From an uncultured virus (IMG/VR IMGVR_UViG_3300032676_000720) (lineage: Duplodnaviria; Heunggongvirae; Uroviricota; Caudoviricetes): DNA of 20,000 bases. The notes below the pieces were generated by a model. It saw only the letters and a program-made list of their open reading frames with translations, had not been told where the DNA came from and did not search any database. The number at the start of each line of letters is the position of its first letter. The stretch's first letter is position 1. The translations under genes and the position numbers were made by a program. Location of the stretch: the IMG/VR virus record IMGVR_UViG_3300032676_000720; one strand, 5' to 3'. Shown piece after piece: positions 1 through 6,663 of the stretch.

Positions 1-1
1 A

Positions 2-214
2 TATGTTACGAGCTAAACACTCTACATCCTTGTCTGAAAGGAATGGTGTCGCAATTAAATTTACAGTACGCTCTACAAAATATGTAGCTTGGCCAACCAT
101 CTGTCCTGTAAATGTTGTATTGTCTGCTAAGACAACTACTTCTTGTTTTACTTCTGCTGCTTGTACTACAATACTGCTTACTACTAGTAATAACGATAAT
201 AAGATATTCTTCAT
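2..214 (-). CDS. SleB/Hydrolase_2-family cell wall hydrolase, N-terminal part (runs off the window edge)
   Basis: Not in ORF track. Manual translation MKNILLSLLLVVSSIVVQAAEVKQ...LSDKDVECLARNI: signal peptide, then the 'ECLARNI' start of the SleB catalytic motif; SD GAGGAG at 226-221. Confidence 0.75.
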   Translation of the reverse strand, partial: MKNILLSLLLVVSSIVVQAAEVKQEVVVLADNTTFTGQMVGQATYFVERTVNLIATPFLSDKDVECLARNI

Positions 215-476
215 TTCGTTCTCCTCACGGCACAACTGGGCCAGTTCAGCGGATGCTCAGGATGAGCGCATTGACAATGATGGAGAGTGTAGGTACGAGA
301 CCTCGGCCTTCTTTGGCATTTACTCTTTCGTATATTAAACAACTAATATACAATACCATATTGTCAACGAAAAGGATTTCCGAAGTCCTCTTTCGAATCG
401 GATTCAAACTGACATCCGGTGCGTGACTTACATTTATATTCCGGACAAGCCCGTTCGGTGTTCGCTACTATATATA
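215..476 (-). ncRNA. Putative large structured 5' leader RNA (cis-regulatory) of the cell wall hydrolase gene
   Basis: Long intergenic region, about 50% GC in parts, with many nested complementary segments: CGTTGACAATATGG 369-356 / CCATCATTGTCAATG 283-269; TCACGCAC 426-419 / GTGCCGTGA 233-225; GTATATTA/TAATATAC. Confidence 0.6.
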
Positions 477-483
477 CTTACTA

Positions 484-512
484 AGTTTACTACAGAACAA
501 TAAAAAAAGCAA
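484..512 (-). promoter_or_regulatory. sigma70-like promoter TTGCTT-17-TAAACT
   Basis: -35 at 512-507, -10 at 489-484, 17-bp spacer; followed by TAAGTA (480-475). Confidence 0.5.
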
Positions 513-541
513 TCATTTCGGTACCTTTTTGCCGTTAACTA

Positions 542-1159
542 CTAATATAATGGCTCCGGTGGAGGCATAGCTTTAAGTTTAGCCCACATCTCACCTTGTT
601 CCTTTAATTTGGCTTCTAATGCGCGATACTTGTCGCCTAATTCTTTAAGTTCATCCCATTCCTTTTCCAATTCTGGATTTGGAACTAAGACATTTAATCT
701 TTCTTCAAGTTTTTGTATGACATCAGTTAAACTACGACCATTAATTTTTATGTCAGCGTTATCGCCTTCGAGATTTAATTGACCAGTAGCATTGGTGTAT
801 AAAGAAGTATTAGTGGCGTTAGTTGCGCCAAAATTATATCCAGTTCCTGCTCCGGCAGAGATAGTATATGGGCCAGTGTTAGCTCCAGTTAAACTAGGAG
901 AGATTGTGTATCCGCCGCCAATAACAGTATTACTATACAACGATCCAGATGCTGCTCCTGGATTAAGTGTAATGGTATCAGTTGTCGCACCGTTATTATA
1001 AGTTAAATCAAACGGATTATATGAACTTGAATATTCATAACCTGCTATTGTAACAGTATCTTCTGTTTCTGTTACCGGAGTCGGGTCATTAATTTTTTTA
1101 AGTGCGTTACGAATTTCATCCAATTGTTCTTGAGCCAATTGCTCTTGCGTAAGGTCCAT
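542..1159 (-). CDS. Hypothetical phage protein (T/G/N-rich middle, C-terminal coiled coil)
   Basis: 205-aa ORF with AAGGA SD; start lies inside the preceding AbrB-like ORF. Confidence 0.8.
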   Translation of the reverse strand: MDLTQEQLAQEQLDEIRNALKKINDPTPVTETEDTVTIAGYEYSSSYNPFDLTYNNGATTDTITLNPGAASGSLYSNTVIGGGYTISPSLTGANTGPYTISAGAGTGYNFGATNATNTSLYTNATGQLNLEGDNADIKINGRSLTDVIQKLEERLNVLVPNPELEKEWDELKELGDKYRALEAKLKEQGEMWAKLKAMPPPEPLY

Positions 1160-1290
1160 GTGCCATCCTTATTATCAATCCACTCTAGCGTGTCGCCGAC
1201 CTTCCAGCCGGCTTCACGACAGAGCTCATCACCGAGATCCAGGATTAAGTCGCCTGTATCTGGATCTTCGATGATATTTCTTGTTGCCAT
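1072..1290 (-). CDS. AbrB/MazE-like swapped-hairpin DNA-binding protein
   Basis: EDPDTGDLILDLGDELCREAGWKVGDTLEW pattern typical of phage AbrB/SpoVT-like proteins. Confidence 0.7.
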   Translation of the reverse strand: MATRNIIEDPDTGDLILDLGDELCREAGWKVGDTLEWIDNKDGTWTLRKSNWLKNNWMKFVTHLKKLMTRLR

Positions 1291-1291
1291 A

Positions 1292-1480
1292 TTACTTAAC
1301 AGACAATGCTTCTTTTTCTGCTGTAATTTCTTTACGACGCTCTTTGATGCCCTTAGACATTTCTTGTAATGCTTTACGTGCCCTGGCGGCAGATGCTTTA
1401 ACGCCTTTAGTTGTAAACTTAGTGTTTTCTTCGATATATGTATTATAAGCCGCTACAATAGCGTCATGTTGTTGTGACAT
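1292..1480 (-). CDS. Histone H1-like (Hc1-type) nucleoid protein
   Basis: 62 aa, basic; KGVKASAARARKALQEMSK-KERRKEI resembles the Hc1-family motif; SD AAGGA. Confidence 0.7.
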   Translation of the reverse strand: MSQQHDAIVAAYNTYIEENTKFTTKGVKASAARARKALQEMSKGIKERRKEITAEKEALSVK

Positions 1481-1521
1481 TTAATTTCCTTTATATTAAT
1501 ATTATGCTTTCGCATTACACT

Positions 1522-1550
1522 ATAATACGCATTAATGCGCTAATAGTCAA
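1522..1550 (-). promoter_or_regulatory. sigma70-like promoter TTGACT-17-TATTAT with a 12-bp palindrome in the spacer
   Basis: -35 1550-1545, -10 1527-1522; CGCATTAATGCG at 1528-1539. Confidence 0.7.
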
Positions 1551-1559
1551 CCTTATTGA

Positions 1560-2237
1560 TTAAGTTGTTTTTTTCTTACAGCGATCCATGTGCCATCTTT
1601 TCATGATACTAAGACCGCCAGTTTTATTACAATGAGGACAAGTTATTACTTCTTTAATTCCTGCCCTTATTCCTACTAACTCGCCCGATGCTAACCGAGG
1701 ATCGTCTACTGATACCTGCATAACATTGCCATTTTTATCTTTTACTGTAGTAGTTCCGGCTGTAGCATTAACTAACTCGCCAGTTTTAATTCTAATATCA
1801 TCTACTGCTACTCTAAATTTATTGCCAGCTTTATCAACTACGGTTACCTTACCTTTAGTATGTGCTACTAACTCTCCGGATATAAACCGAGGATCGTCAA
1901 CGGCTACTCTAAATTTATTACCGGCTTTATCTATCACTGGAGTAGTGCCTTTATTGCGTCCTTTAGGACCAAACCCTCCGCCAGACTCAGGAATCCTATT
2001 AGCCCATTCTGCGCTCTCAACTATATTCCATTTCTCACTAAGTCGTCGCCCTTCATTATCAATTACCGATTTATCATCAGATTGACATATTATTTCAGTA
2101 ATATGATTCTTTCCGTGCTCTGCTAAATGTAGTTTCCAGTCAACCCCGGATCCTCGATATTTAAACGGATCCCGTTCTGTCTGTCCCAGATACTTTAATC
2201 CAGTAACCGAGTGAGTCTTAAGATAAAGATAGTGCAT
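1560..2237 (-). CDS. GIY-YIG-like (Seg-type) free-standing homing endonuclease
   Basis: N-terminal YLYLKTH..TGLKYLGQT...Y.GSG..W motif; three 32-aa repeats; C-terminal CPHC...KRWH..C module. Confidence 0.75.
   Translation of the reverse strand: MHYLYLKTHSVTGLKYLGQTERDPFKYRGSGVDWKLHLAEHGKNHITEIICQSDDKSVIDNEGRRLSEKWNIVESAEWANRIPESGGGFGPKGRNKGTTPVIDKAGNKFRVAVDDPRFISGELVAHTKGKVTVVDKAGNKFRVAVDDIRIKTGELVNATAGTTTVKDKNGNVMQVSVDDPRLASGELVGIRAGIKEVITCPHCNKTGGLSIMKRWHMDRCKKKTT
1665..1952 (-). repeat. 3 x 96-bp (32-aa) tandem repeat inside the endonuclease
   Basis: KGTTPVIDKAGNKFRVAVDDPRFISGELVAHT / KGKVTVVDKAGNKFRVAVDDIRIKTGELVNAT / AGTTTVKDKNGNVMQVSVDDPRLASGELVGIR; gctactctaaatttatt at 1807 and 1903. 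Confidence 0.9.
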
Positions 2238-2245
2238 ACTAGTTA

Positions 2246-2273
2246 ATTATACACGATTTACAATAATAGTCAA
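2246..2273 (-). promoter_or_regulatory. sigma70-like promoter TTGACT-16-TATAAT directly before the endonuclease ATG
   Basis: -35 2273-2268, -10 2251-2246; ATG follows after 8 nt; no SD. Confidence 0.65.
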
Positions 2274-2280
2274 ATTTTTA

Positions 2281-2523
2281 TTAGAAATAAACGTGTCGTT
2301 TGGCATAACAGTCCCAAACTAATATATTGTCCCAACTATGTGTCCAAGTTACTATAAACAGACTAAGGGTATTGTGGTCAAAGATATGTAATTTATTGTC
2401 ATCTACTCTTGCTTGAATTGAACGGCTAGTAGTTGTCCATTTTTGTAAACGGTTTCGTGCTTCTGGATCTCTCATTATTACGGTATACAGAGAGTCACCG
2501 TTTTTAAAAACTGGTAAGGTCAT
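2281..2523 (-). CDS. Hypothetical protein
   Basis: 80-aa ORF, ATGA overlap with the upstream gene. Confidence 0.75.
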   Translation of the reverse strand: MTLPVFKNGDSLYTVIMRDPEARNRLQKWTTTSRSIQARVDDNKLHIFDHNTLSLFIVTWTHSWDNILVWDCYAKRHVYF

Positions 2524-3269
2524 TTACGTTCTATATCTTCTTCTTGACAGTCTTCACCATATTGTATTTCAACTATGCGACACGGATTGTCTGACATATT
2601 AATTAATTGGTGCCAAGTATTTACTGGAATGTCAATTGTTTCGTGTGTGCTGAGTTTTACAATATTGTCATCACCTGCTACACGACCTTCGCCTTCTTCT
2701 ACTACCCAATACTCGCTACGCTTAAAATGTCGTTGCATACTTAAACTCTTACCTGGATTGACTGTAAGCTCTTTAACCTTCATGCCCGGAGCTTCGTGTA
2801 GTACACGATAATGACCCCATTGGCGTTCTGTTTTAGGCGCTTTCCATTCTTGTAGTATCCAAGATGATGAATTCATTTTGTTTTCGCCACCAACTCCAAA
2901 TACAAATTCTAGATTGCTATCGACTAAATCCATTTCAGGAATGTTGGTACTAGTTCTATCGCCACCGTTAGCAAATATAATCTTATCATTTGGATAACTT
3001 TGTCGGGCCATTGTGATAGCGTGTTTAGCTGAGTTATCTGAATCATTGAAGTCAATAACATAATCAACTCCTACAATGTTTTGTACGATAGCCGAGCGTT
3101 CCGAATAAGGCATAAATGCTCGTCCTTTTTTACGCATCAGCCAAGCATCTGAATTAACACCAACTACTAATATATCTCCCAGCTTTTTTGCGGCTTGAAG
3201 GTAAGCAATATGTCCAGAGTGTAGCGGATCAAAGCCGCCAGTTACTACAACAATTTTTAAAGGTTTCAT
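2520..3269 (-). CDS. Cytidylyltransferase-like (RfaE/TagD-type) domain fused to a mannose-6-phosphate isomerase type II-like cupin
   Basis: GGFDPLHSGH (HIGH-type motif), VGVNSD, FANGGDR; C-terminal RQWGHY...LSMQRH..RSEYW...WHQL.N...IVEIQYG..C.EEDIER. Confidence 0.9.
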   Translation of the reverse strand: MKPLKIVVVTGGFDPLHSGHIAYLQAAKKLGDILVVGVNSDAWLMRKKGRAFMPYSERSAIVQNIVGVDYVIDFNDSDNSAKHAITMARQSYPNDKIIFANGGDRTSTNIPEMDLVDSNLEFVFGVGGENKMNSSSWILQEWKAPKTERQWGHYRVLHEAPGMKVKELTVNPGKSLSMQRHFKRSEYWVVEEGEGRVAGDDNIVKLSTHETIDIPVNTWHQLINMSDNPCRIVEIQYGEDCQEEDIERK

Positions 3270-3512
3270 TTAATGTAAAGTTTGGTTACCGCTATCGGCT
3301 GATGTTAAATCAACCATTTGAGAAATGTATTTACTAAAATCATCTGTGAGCTCTATACGATCTTCATCACACTCTTGCGCTTCTTCATCGCTAACACCAA
3401 TTAAGCGCATCAAGGCACCCATATGAACTTCTTTGATGCCATGTTTATGTAGCACCATCATTAGTTCCATTATGATTAGCCTAACTTCTTGATCAATTTC
3501 AGCATCAGTCAT
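3270..3512 (-). CDS. Hypothetical acidic protein
   Basis: 80-aa ORF abutting the downstream gene. Confidence 0.75.
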   Translation of the reverse strand: MTDAEIDQEVRLIIMELMMVLHKHGIKEVHMGALMRLIGVSDEEAQECDEDRIELTDDFSKYISQMVDLTSADSGNQTLH

Positions 3513-3546
3513 ACTTTTAATTATCCAAACTGAAATTATAGTTGTG

Positions 3547-3567
3547 AAAAAGCGGCCGAAGCCGCTT
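3547..3567 (-). terminator. Intrinsic terminator with a cUUCGg loop
   Basis: Minus strand AAGCGGC-TTCG-GCCGCTT followed by a T-run, just after the hydrolase stop. Confidence 0.85.
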
Positions 3568-3583
3568 ATAATACTAACTGTTA

Positions 3584-4339
3584 TTAATTTTTTAAGTTTT
3601 TATCAAAGAATTCTTTAGTTTTAATAGCTGATTGAGTAGCCGCAAACTCATCCCAAGCTAACGCATGGCCGCCCCATTTAATTCTATATGCTACAGGTAA
3701 ATCAAAGGAATGGTAAGCATCAGGGTAAGAATTAATGTCGTGCTTTGGATTATTATATTCTTTTAATGCTACGCATGGGCCCGGTAATGTCCAATCATCT
3801 TTGGCGCCCACATGCATTTGTAATGGGACCAAAGGATTCTTTTCAAGTTCAGTTACACAATTACCATAATATGATATCATAGCATCTACGGATCGTTTTG
3901 CTCGTTTAGTTGGGGCAAATGAATTGATAGCAGAGCCACCATGACTCCAACCAATTACACCAATTTTACCTTTGTGCCAAGGTTGTTGCTTAATCCATTG
4001 TGATACATATTCAATATCATATGTGCGTGACCATGCTGAATTTCTTACACCATTTACGCATTCGTGTGTGTAACCACGCTCTGTAAAACTGTCTGGCAAT
4101 ACAACATTGTATCCGTAAGTTTGATAAAGCTGAGCCCAACCTATTTCATGTGGGTCAAGTCCAAAGCAGGTGTGTAAAGCAATAATAGTTGGTGCTGGGT
4201 GGTCTTGTTTTAATACCATTACACCAATATTGAAATCTTGTTTTAAGTAATCATCATGTACCAATACATGATCATCGAAAAAATATGCTTGTGCTGTTAA
4301 ACAATAACCTAACATCAGTGTCATTAATAGTTTACGCAT
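3584..4339 (-). CDS. Dienelactone hydrolase-family alpha/beta hydrolase with signal peptide
   Basis: GWSHGG nucleophile elbow, GAKDDW (Asp), YPDAYHSFD (His); N-terminal MRKLLMTLMLGYCLTAQA. Confidence 0.85.
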   Translation of the reverse strand: MRKLLMTLMLGYCLTAQAYFFDDHVLVHDDYLKQDFNIGVMVLKQDHPAPTIIALHTCFGLDPHEIGWAQLYQTYGYNVVLPDSFTERGYTHECVNGVRNSAWSRTYDIEYVSQWIKQQPWHKGKIGVIGWSHGGSAINSFAPTKRAKRSVDAMISYYGNCVTELEKNPLVPLQMHVGAKDDWTLPGPCVALKEYNNPKHDINSYPDAYHSFDLPVAYRIKWGGHALAWDEFAATQSAIKTKEFFDKNLKN

Positions 4340-4383
4340 TTTTGTTCCGTATATAAAAATAGTTGTCTGAAGTTAAATTAATG

Positions 4384-4415
4384 CTAAAGGACTTACGGCC
4401 AAAGCCTGCCTTTAG
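4384..4415 (-). terminator. Hairpin after the 4419 gene (terminator or processing site)
   Basis: CTAAAGG...CCTTTAG outer stem with GGC-TTTG-GCC inner stem; no clear U-tract. Confidence 0.4.
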
Positions 4416-4418
4416 TTA

Positions 4419-4745
4419 TTAGGCTGTTACTTTTGGTGTAGCCTTGGCAGTAGCTTTTACGCTAGTTGCCTTAACTTTAACTTCGCCTTTTTTGGCTAGT
4501 TTAGTTTTTTCAGCTACTTTGCTTGCTACTGCGTAGCCAGCGTCACCTTGTGTGATGCCTTGCTCTTGAAGATACTGAAGTGCTTCAAGTTTTGTCATTG
4601 GCTTTGGGAGCTCAACGAGATTTACATCTGTGTGTCCAGCGCGATGTAACGCTTTAATACGGCTTACCAAATCATTGGCAAAACGAACTTTAACCTCGCC
4701 TTGACGATTAGATGTACCTGCTACTGTGAATAAAGATTGTGTCAT
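4419..4745 (-). CDS. Hypothetical phage protein with a K/A-rich tail (possible DNA binding)
   Basis: 108 aa; SD AAGG; own promoter. Confidence 0.8.
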   Translation of the reverse strand: MTQSLFTVAGTSNRQGEVKVRFANDLVSRIKALHRAGHTDVNLVELPKPMTKLEALQYLQEQGITQGDAGYAVASKVAEKTKLAKKGEVKVKATSVKATAKATPKVTA

Positions 4746-4808
4746 TTTGATGCCTTTCTAAGATGCCTGTTTAAGTTAATTTAAATTTACTACTTTACTA
4801 CTGTTACT

Positions 4809-4837
4809 AGTATAGCTGATTTGATTATATTTGTCAA
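4809..4837 (-). promoter_or_regulatory. sigma70-like promoter TTGACA-17-TATACT
   Basis: -35 4837-4832, -10 4814-4809. Confidence 0.8.
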
Positions 4838-4865
4838 CTATATTAGTTCTTTTGGTTTACCAAAA

Positions 4866-4994
4866 TTACTTTGCTTGTTCTTGGATAACCGTTTTGGTTT
4901 GATCAATACCTTTATCTACTACACGGGCAATACCACTTAGACCCACTGTAGAAATAGCGATACCAACAAATACTCCAACCAAAAACTTAGTCAT
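4866..4994 (-). CDS. Small membrane protein (42 aa)
   Basis: Below ORF-track cutoff; MTKFLVGVFVGIAISTVGLSGIARVVDKGIDQTKTVIQEQAK; SD GGAGG. Confidence 0.7.
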   Translation of the reverse strand: MTKFLVGVFVGIAISTVGLSGIARVVDKGIDQTKTVIQEQAK

Positions 4995-5112
4995 TTTCCG
5001 CCTCCTCTTCCTGCTCTACAATATAGTTAATATCGAAACGCTTACACCAATCCGCATATTCGCGTTCGAACTGTTCTTGTTCTTTGGCTTCCAATTCAAA
5101 TACCTGTTCCAT
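4987..5112 (-). CDS. Small acidic protein (41 aa)
   Basis: Below ORF-track cutoff; MEQVFELEAKEQEQFEREYADWCKRFDINYIVEQEEEAEND; TAATG coupling to the upstream gene. Confidence 0.65.
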   Translation of the reverse strand: MEQVFELEAKEQEQFEREYADWCKRFDINYIVEQEEEAEND

Positions 5113-5516
5113 TATTTCACCTCGTATGGTTGATCCCACGCACCAATATTAATATCAATATAATATGCTGTGTCAAAGTAATCTGTCATTGCGTCACTGC
5201 GGTCATAGTAGCCAGTACCTTTGTGATAACCTTCACCGCGGATTGGAGCTGTTTTGATAATTTGCTGAACTTGCTTTAAAAATGGTGCGTGTTCTTTGTA
5301 AAAACTATCAATATGGTAACCATTAATTTGTGCGTACTGACGTTTTTGATTGTACGCATCTTGATTAAAGATTGAACTAAAGTCTGTTGGACCTGATTTG
5401 ATAGTTACCGATACAGCCATACCATCACGTTTACGAACACCAAACTTGAACTCAGGGAAAGTTTCTTTAAGTTCTTTACGAATCTGTGCTACATCTTTTG
5501 CGTTAATATAAGCCAT
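5112..5516 (-). CDS. LPD29-like phage protein
   Basis: IRKELKETFP..KFGVR...DRSDAMTDYFD pattern; SD AGGAG. Confidence 0.65.
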   Translation of the reverse strand: MAYINAKDVAQIRKELKETFPEFKFGVRKRDGMAVSVTIKSGPTDFSSIFNQDAYNQKRQYAQINGYHIDSFYKEHAPFLKQVQQIIKTAPIRGEGYHKGTGYYDRSDAMTDYFDTAYYIDINIGAWDQPYEVK

Positions 5517-5546
5517 TTAAAACTCCTTTTTGTTTACTATAATGCA

Positions 5547-5575
5547 AGTATAGTGCCAAATGAATTAATCGTCAA
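5547..5575 (-). promoter_or_regulatory. sigma70-like promoter TTGACG-17-TATACT
   Basis: -35 5575-5570, -10 5552-5547. Confidence 0.8.
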
Positions 5576-5580
5576 CCGAA

Positions 5581-5892
5581 TTACATACTCCAGTAAGTTT
5601 CGCTAGCAGGGGATAAAAACAATGGGGTATTAGCCTTTTCCATGTACTTTTTACCAGTCATTATGTTGGTTCTTTCAACTAAATCGTTGTTTTCATACAA
5701 CGAAACTTTGAGCTGTTTAAGGTTCATATCAATAGCGCAAAGACGAGCTGTACGGTTACCATTGTATTTTACATCAATCCACGGAACTGTATTGCCTGCG
5801 GCATTTTCGCTAAGAACAATATTAGTAATTTCGCCATTCAATTTACCAGCTGCGCTTACCCAACTAATTTGATTTCCGATTGCTAATTTCAT
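5581..5892 (-). CDS. Hypothetical phage protein
   Basis: 103 aa, SD AGGAG; ends NTPLFLSPASETYWSM. Confidence 0.8.
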   Translation of the reverse strand: MKLAIGNQISWVSAAGKLNGEITNIVLSENAAGNTVPWIDVKYNGNRTARLCAIDMNLKQLKVSLYENNDLVERTNIMTGKKYMEKANTPLFLSPASETYWSM

Positions 5893-5922
5893 TTGCTTCT
5901 CCTATTTGTTTACTATGTTAAT

Positions 5923-5951
5923 AGTATAACAAATTGGCAATTTCTCGTCAA
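5923..5951 (-). promoter_or_regulatory. sigma70-like promoter TTGACG-17-TATACT
   Basis: -35 5951-5946, -10 5928-5923. Confidence 0.8.
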
Positions 5952-5968
5952 CCTTTTGGAAATCCCAC

Positions 5969-5992
5969 AAAAAAGCCCCAATTAAGGGGCTT
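5969..5992 (-). terminator. Intrinsic terminator
   Basis: Minus strand AAGCCCC-TTAATT-GGGGCTT followed by a T-run, downstream of the rubredoxin. Confidence 0.85.
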
Positions 5993-6017
5993 AAAAGTGT
6001 TGTATATACACAACGAA

Positions 6018-6149
6018 TTAGAGTGTAATTAGCTCGTAATCTGACTTACTTACACCACACTCCGGGCAACATACATCGTCTGGAAGTGCTTCCCAATCTG
6101 CTACTGATAACTCGTGTCCGCATACTACACATCGCATGATTTGATTCAT
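6018..6149 (-). CDS. Mini-rubredoxin (43 aa)
   Basis: Not in ORF track; MNQIMRCVVCGHELSVADWEALPDDVCCPECGVSKSDYELITL has CxxCG...LPDD..CPxCG; TAATG-coupled to rubrerythrin. Confidence 0.85.
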   Translation of the reverse strand: MNQIMRCVVCGHELSVADWEALPDDVCCPECGVSKSDYELITL

Positions 6150-6598
6150 TATAGTGTCTCCAATTTAGTTTGATATGCTTCGGCATGGCGTTTTTCAACT
6201 CCAGCCAATGCTTTAAAACGCTTTTCAGCTTTAGCCAATACTTCAGCAAATTGTTCAGCGTGTTCTTTTGATTCTTCGATTTGGTGCTGTGCTTCGATGG
6301 CAGCCTGTTGATTACCTTCCTCAACTGCTTCTTTAAGCATTGTTGGGTACATATAGGTAAACTCTTCGGTCTCGCCGTCGATAGCCTTTTGTAAACATTC
6401 TTTGGTAGTTGGCTTACCGATAAGCAATTCTAAATGGCCCCATGCGTGTAGCAATTCTTGGTCTGCCGTGTGTTCGAAATGCTTTGCTACTTCCTCATAG
6501 CCTTCGGCACGAGCAATCTTAGCAAAATAACGATACTTGATATGAGCTTGTGACTCGCCGGCCAATGCCGACTCAAGATTTTTAATAGTAATACTCAT
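6149..6598 (-). CDS. rbr: Rubrerythrin (ferritin-like di-iron domain only)
   Basis: NLESALAGESQAHIKYRYFAKIARAEG, QELLHA, GETEE...MYP, ESKEHA; start moved to ATG 6598 after AGGAG. Confidence 0.9.
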   Translation of the reverse strand: MSITIKNLESALAGESQAHIKYRYFAKIARAEGYEEVAKHFEHTADQELLHAWGHLELLIGKPTTKECLQKAIDGETEEFTYMYPTMLKEAVEEGNQQAAIEAQHQIEESKEHAEQFAEVLAKAEKRFKALAGVEKRHAEAYQTKLETL

Positions 6599-6623
6599 TG
6601 ACATCTCCTTATAGTAAAGTAAT

Positions 6624-6652
6624 ATTGTAATAGTATTTACTAATAAGATCAA
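6624..6652 (-). promoter_or_regulatory. sigma70-like promoter TTGATC-17-TACAAT (TAAATA in spacer)
   Basis: -35 6652-6647, -10 6629-6624. Confidence 0.55.
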
Positions 6653-6663
6653 GCGAAATTAGC

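Noticed and set aside
345..367. TTGACA at 367-362 as a promoter -35
   Set aside because: No -10 at 16-18 bp (TATATT is only 11 bp away); better explained as an RNA stem strand
3..426. Plus-strand ORFs 3-338 and 112-426
   Set aside because: Antisense shadows of the minus-strand hydrolase gene and its leader; no SD and no recognisable protein
215..476. Known RNA identities (tRNA, tmRNA, RNase P, hammerhead, c-di-AMP, c-di-GMP, lysine or glycine riboswitch)
   Set aside because: Diagnostic conserved nucleotides not found by eye; needs cmscan for a firm answer
542..544. Stop-codon reassignment
   Set aside because: Genes are intact under code 11; TAA, TGA and TAG all end plausible ORFs
6140..6160. 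Programmed frameshift fusing rubrerythrin and rubredoxin
   Set aside because: No slippery heptamer; ordinary TAATG coupling with a GGAG SD explains the junction
6046..6324. Minus-strand 92-aa ORF
   Set aside because: Out-of-frame overlap with rubrerythrin and rubredoxin, which have clear motifs
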